From positions 182,659 to 246,658 of the forward strand of contig JAKLGV010000002.1 in NCBI GenBank assembly GCA_022710585.1: a stretch of DNA of 64,000 nucleotides. The letters are read 5' to 3'. Positions 63,107 through 64,000 of this stretch are shown here, piece after piece. The notes beneath the pieces are model-generated. The model ran no database searches and was not told the origin of the DNA. It saw only the letters and a list, made by a program, of their open reading frames with translations. Every line of letters begins with the position of its first letter. The first letter of the stretch is position 1. Position numbers and translations under genes: made by a program. The DNA is from Deltaproteobacteria bacterium. Its GTDB lineage: Bacteria > Desulfobacterota > Syntrophia > Syntrophales > Smithellaceae.

Positions 63107-64000
63107 ATGATCAAAGTACTGCTCATTTCGGCCAATACCCTGAGAATTCCCTATCCCGTATATCCGCTTGGGCTGGATTATGTGGCAGGCTGCCTGGATT
63201 CCCGCTATCAGACAAAAATCATCGATCTCAATGATTATTCCCATCCGGAAACTCTGGACGCCTTGATCAGGGATTTTGCACCCGATTTTGTCGGGATATC
63301 CATCCGGAATATCGACAACACGGATGTAATCAACTGCCGGAGCTTCCTTCCCGAGTATCAGGCTCTAGTCAGTCAGATCAGAAAAAATTCTCAAGCCCGA
63401 ATCATTTTAGGCGGCAGCGGCTTTACGATTTTTCCCGCTGAATTCATGATGGCGCTGGATGCCGATTACGGCATCGTCGGTGAGGGTGAAAGAATGTCGC
63501 AGCTTCTGGACGCGTTGGAGAAAAATGCGGATGTCAACAAAGTCCCGGGTGTTCTGACGAAAGACAAAACAGAGATTGTTTATGAGCCTTATGGGGGCAT
63601 GATCCGCAGACATTTCGATCCGGAAAACCGGCATACCCGCTTTTATCTTGCATACGGCGGTATGCTGAATCTGCAAACCAAGAGGGGCTGCCCCTATCAA
63701 TGCAGCTACTGCACGTATCCGCACATCGAAGGCGGCAAGATGCGCTTTTATGAGCCGCGCGAAATCGCCCGCAGCGCCCGCGACTTGCAGGATGCCGGCG
63801 CGAAATATATTTTTATCACCGATTCCGCTTTTAACGCGAGCTACGATCACAGTTTGGATGTGGCTCAAGCGTTTATAGAAGAACGTCTTTCCATCCCGTG
63901 GGGAGGTTTTTTCGCTCCCACTGTTCCTCCCGCAGATTATTTCAAGCGTCTGGCGGAGGCCGGACTGACGCATGTGGAATTCGGCACGGAATCATTATCA
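63107..64000 (+). CDS. B12-binding-domain radical SAM protein, lipid-biosynthesis type; 3' end beyond window
   Basis: Not in the ORF track because it has no stop in the window. My translation from ATG 63107 is open for 298 codons: MIKVLLISANTLRIPYPVYPLGLDYVAG...KRGCPYQCSYCTY (CX3CX2C). Confidence 0.75.
   Translation, partial: MIKVLLISANTLRIPYPVYPLGLDYVAGCLDSRYQTKIIDLNDYSHPETLDALIRDFAPDFVGISIRNIDNTDVINCRSFLPEYQALVSQIRKNSQARIILGGSGFTIFPAEFMMALDADYGIVGEGERMSQLLDALEKNADVNKVPGVLTKDKTEIVYEPYGGMIRRHFDPENRHTRFYLAYGGMLNLQTKRGCPYQCSYCTYPHIEGGKMRFYEPREIARSARDLQDAGAKYIFITDSAFNASYDHSLDVAQAFIEERLSIPWGGFFAPTVPPADYFKRLAEAGLTHVEFGTESLS

Noticed and set aside
63407-63973. 188-aa minus-strand ORF
   Set aside because: It is antisense to the open-ended B12/radical SAM gene, which has a CX3CX2C motif and is open for 298 codons.
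1-64000. CRISPR arrays, tRNA, rRNA, tmRNA
   Set aside because: No regularly spaced direct repeats and no cloverleaf-like or rRNA-like segments were noticed in the intergenic gaps, which are all short. This was a by-eye search only. tRNAscan-SE, Infernal and a CRISPR finder would be decisive.

Overview
The window is a chromosomal segment of a Gram-negative bacterium. Gene content (LptD, sigma-54 NtrC-type regulator, AmmeMemoRadiSam enzyme, flavin reductase-rubredoxin fusion) suggests an anaerobic Desulfobacterota/deltaproteobacterium-like organism; that is inference only. Hand counts of single 60-nt lines give about 48% GC in core genes. Layout: (1) 1-5.7 kb holds redox and housekeeping genes: a DUF255 thioredoxin-domain protein, a small CPHC thioredoxin-like protein, a methyltransferase, an acyl-CoA dehydrogenase, ruvX and mltG. 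(2) 5.8-22.9 kb is a complete, co-linear dcw cluster (mraZ-rsmH-ftsL-ftsI-murE-murF-mraY-murD-ftsW-murG-murC-murB-ftsQ-ftsA-ftsZ; no ddl is present in the cluster), with a consensus-like promoter and three GTGG repeats at 10-nt spacing in front of mraZ. (3) 23-44.3 kb holds mixed core genes: radical SAM enzymes, a DUF169 protein, folC, lptD, a histidine kinase with an NtrC-type regulator, a GC-rich Cys-rich secreted orphan, a lytic transglycosylase, a queG-like gene, greA, moaA, and a MoxR/VWA/ACAD-like operon. (4) 44.4-57.2 kb is the accessory region and the main hunting result. It is a six-gene, same-strand, tightly packed defence island built around a Type III-like res/mod pair. A DUF4062-HATPase_c_4 fusion gene splits that pair. 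An AT-rich module follows it: an AAA_13/RloC-like ABC ATPase with a CxxC hook, a 107-aa orphan, and an SF1 UvrD-like helicase with a RelE/HigB-like N-terminal domain. I do not recognise this module as any named defence system. The mod gene also carries two GC-rich palindromic elements in frame. (5) 57.2-64 kb holds an HD-GYP phosphodiesterase, a PAS-LuxR regulator, a flavin reductase-rubredoxin fusion, and a FabA / ACP / B12-binding radical SAM lipid cluster that runs off the window. I saw no rRNA, tRNA, CRISPR array, transposase or integrase. All family assignments come from reading motifs in the supplied translations by eye; no database search was possible.
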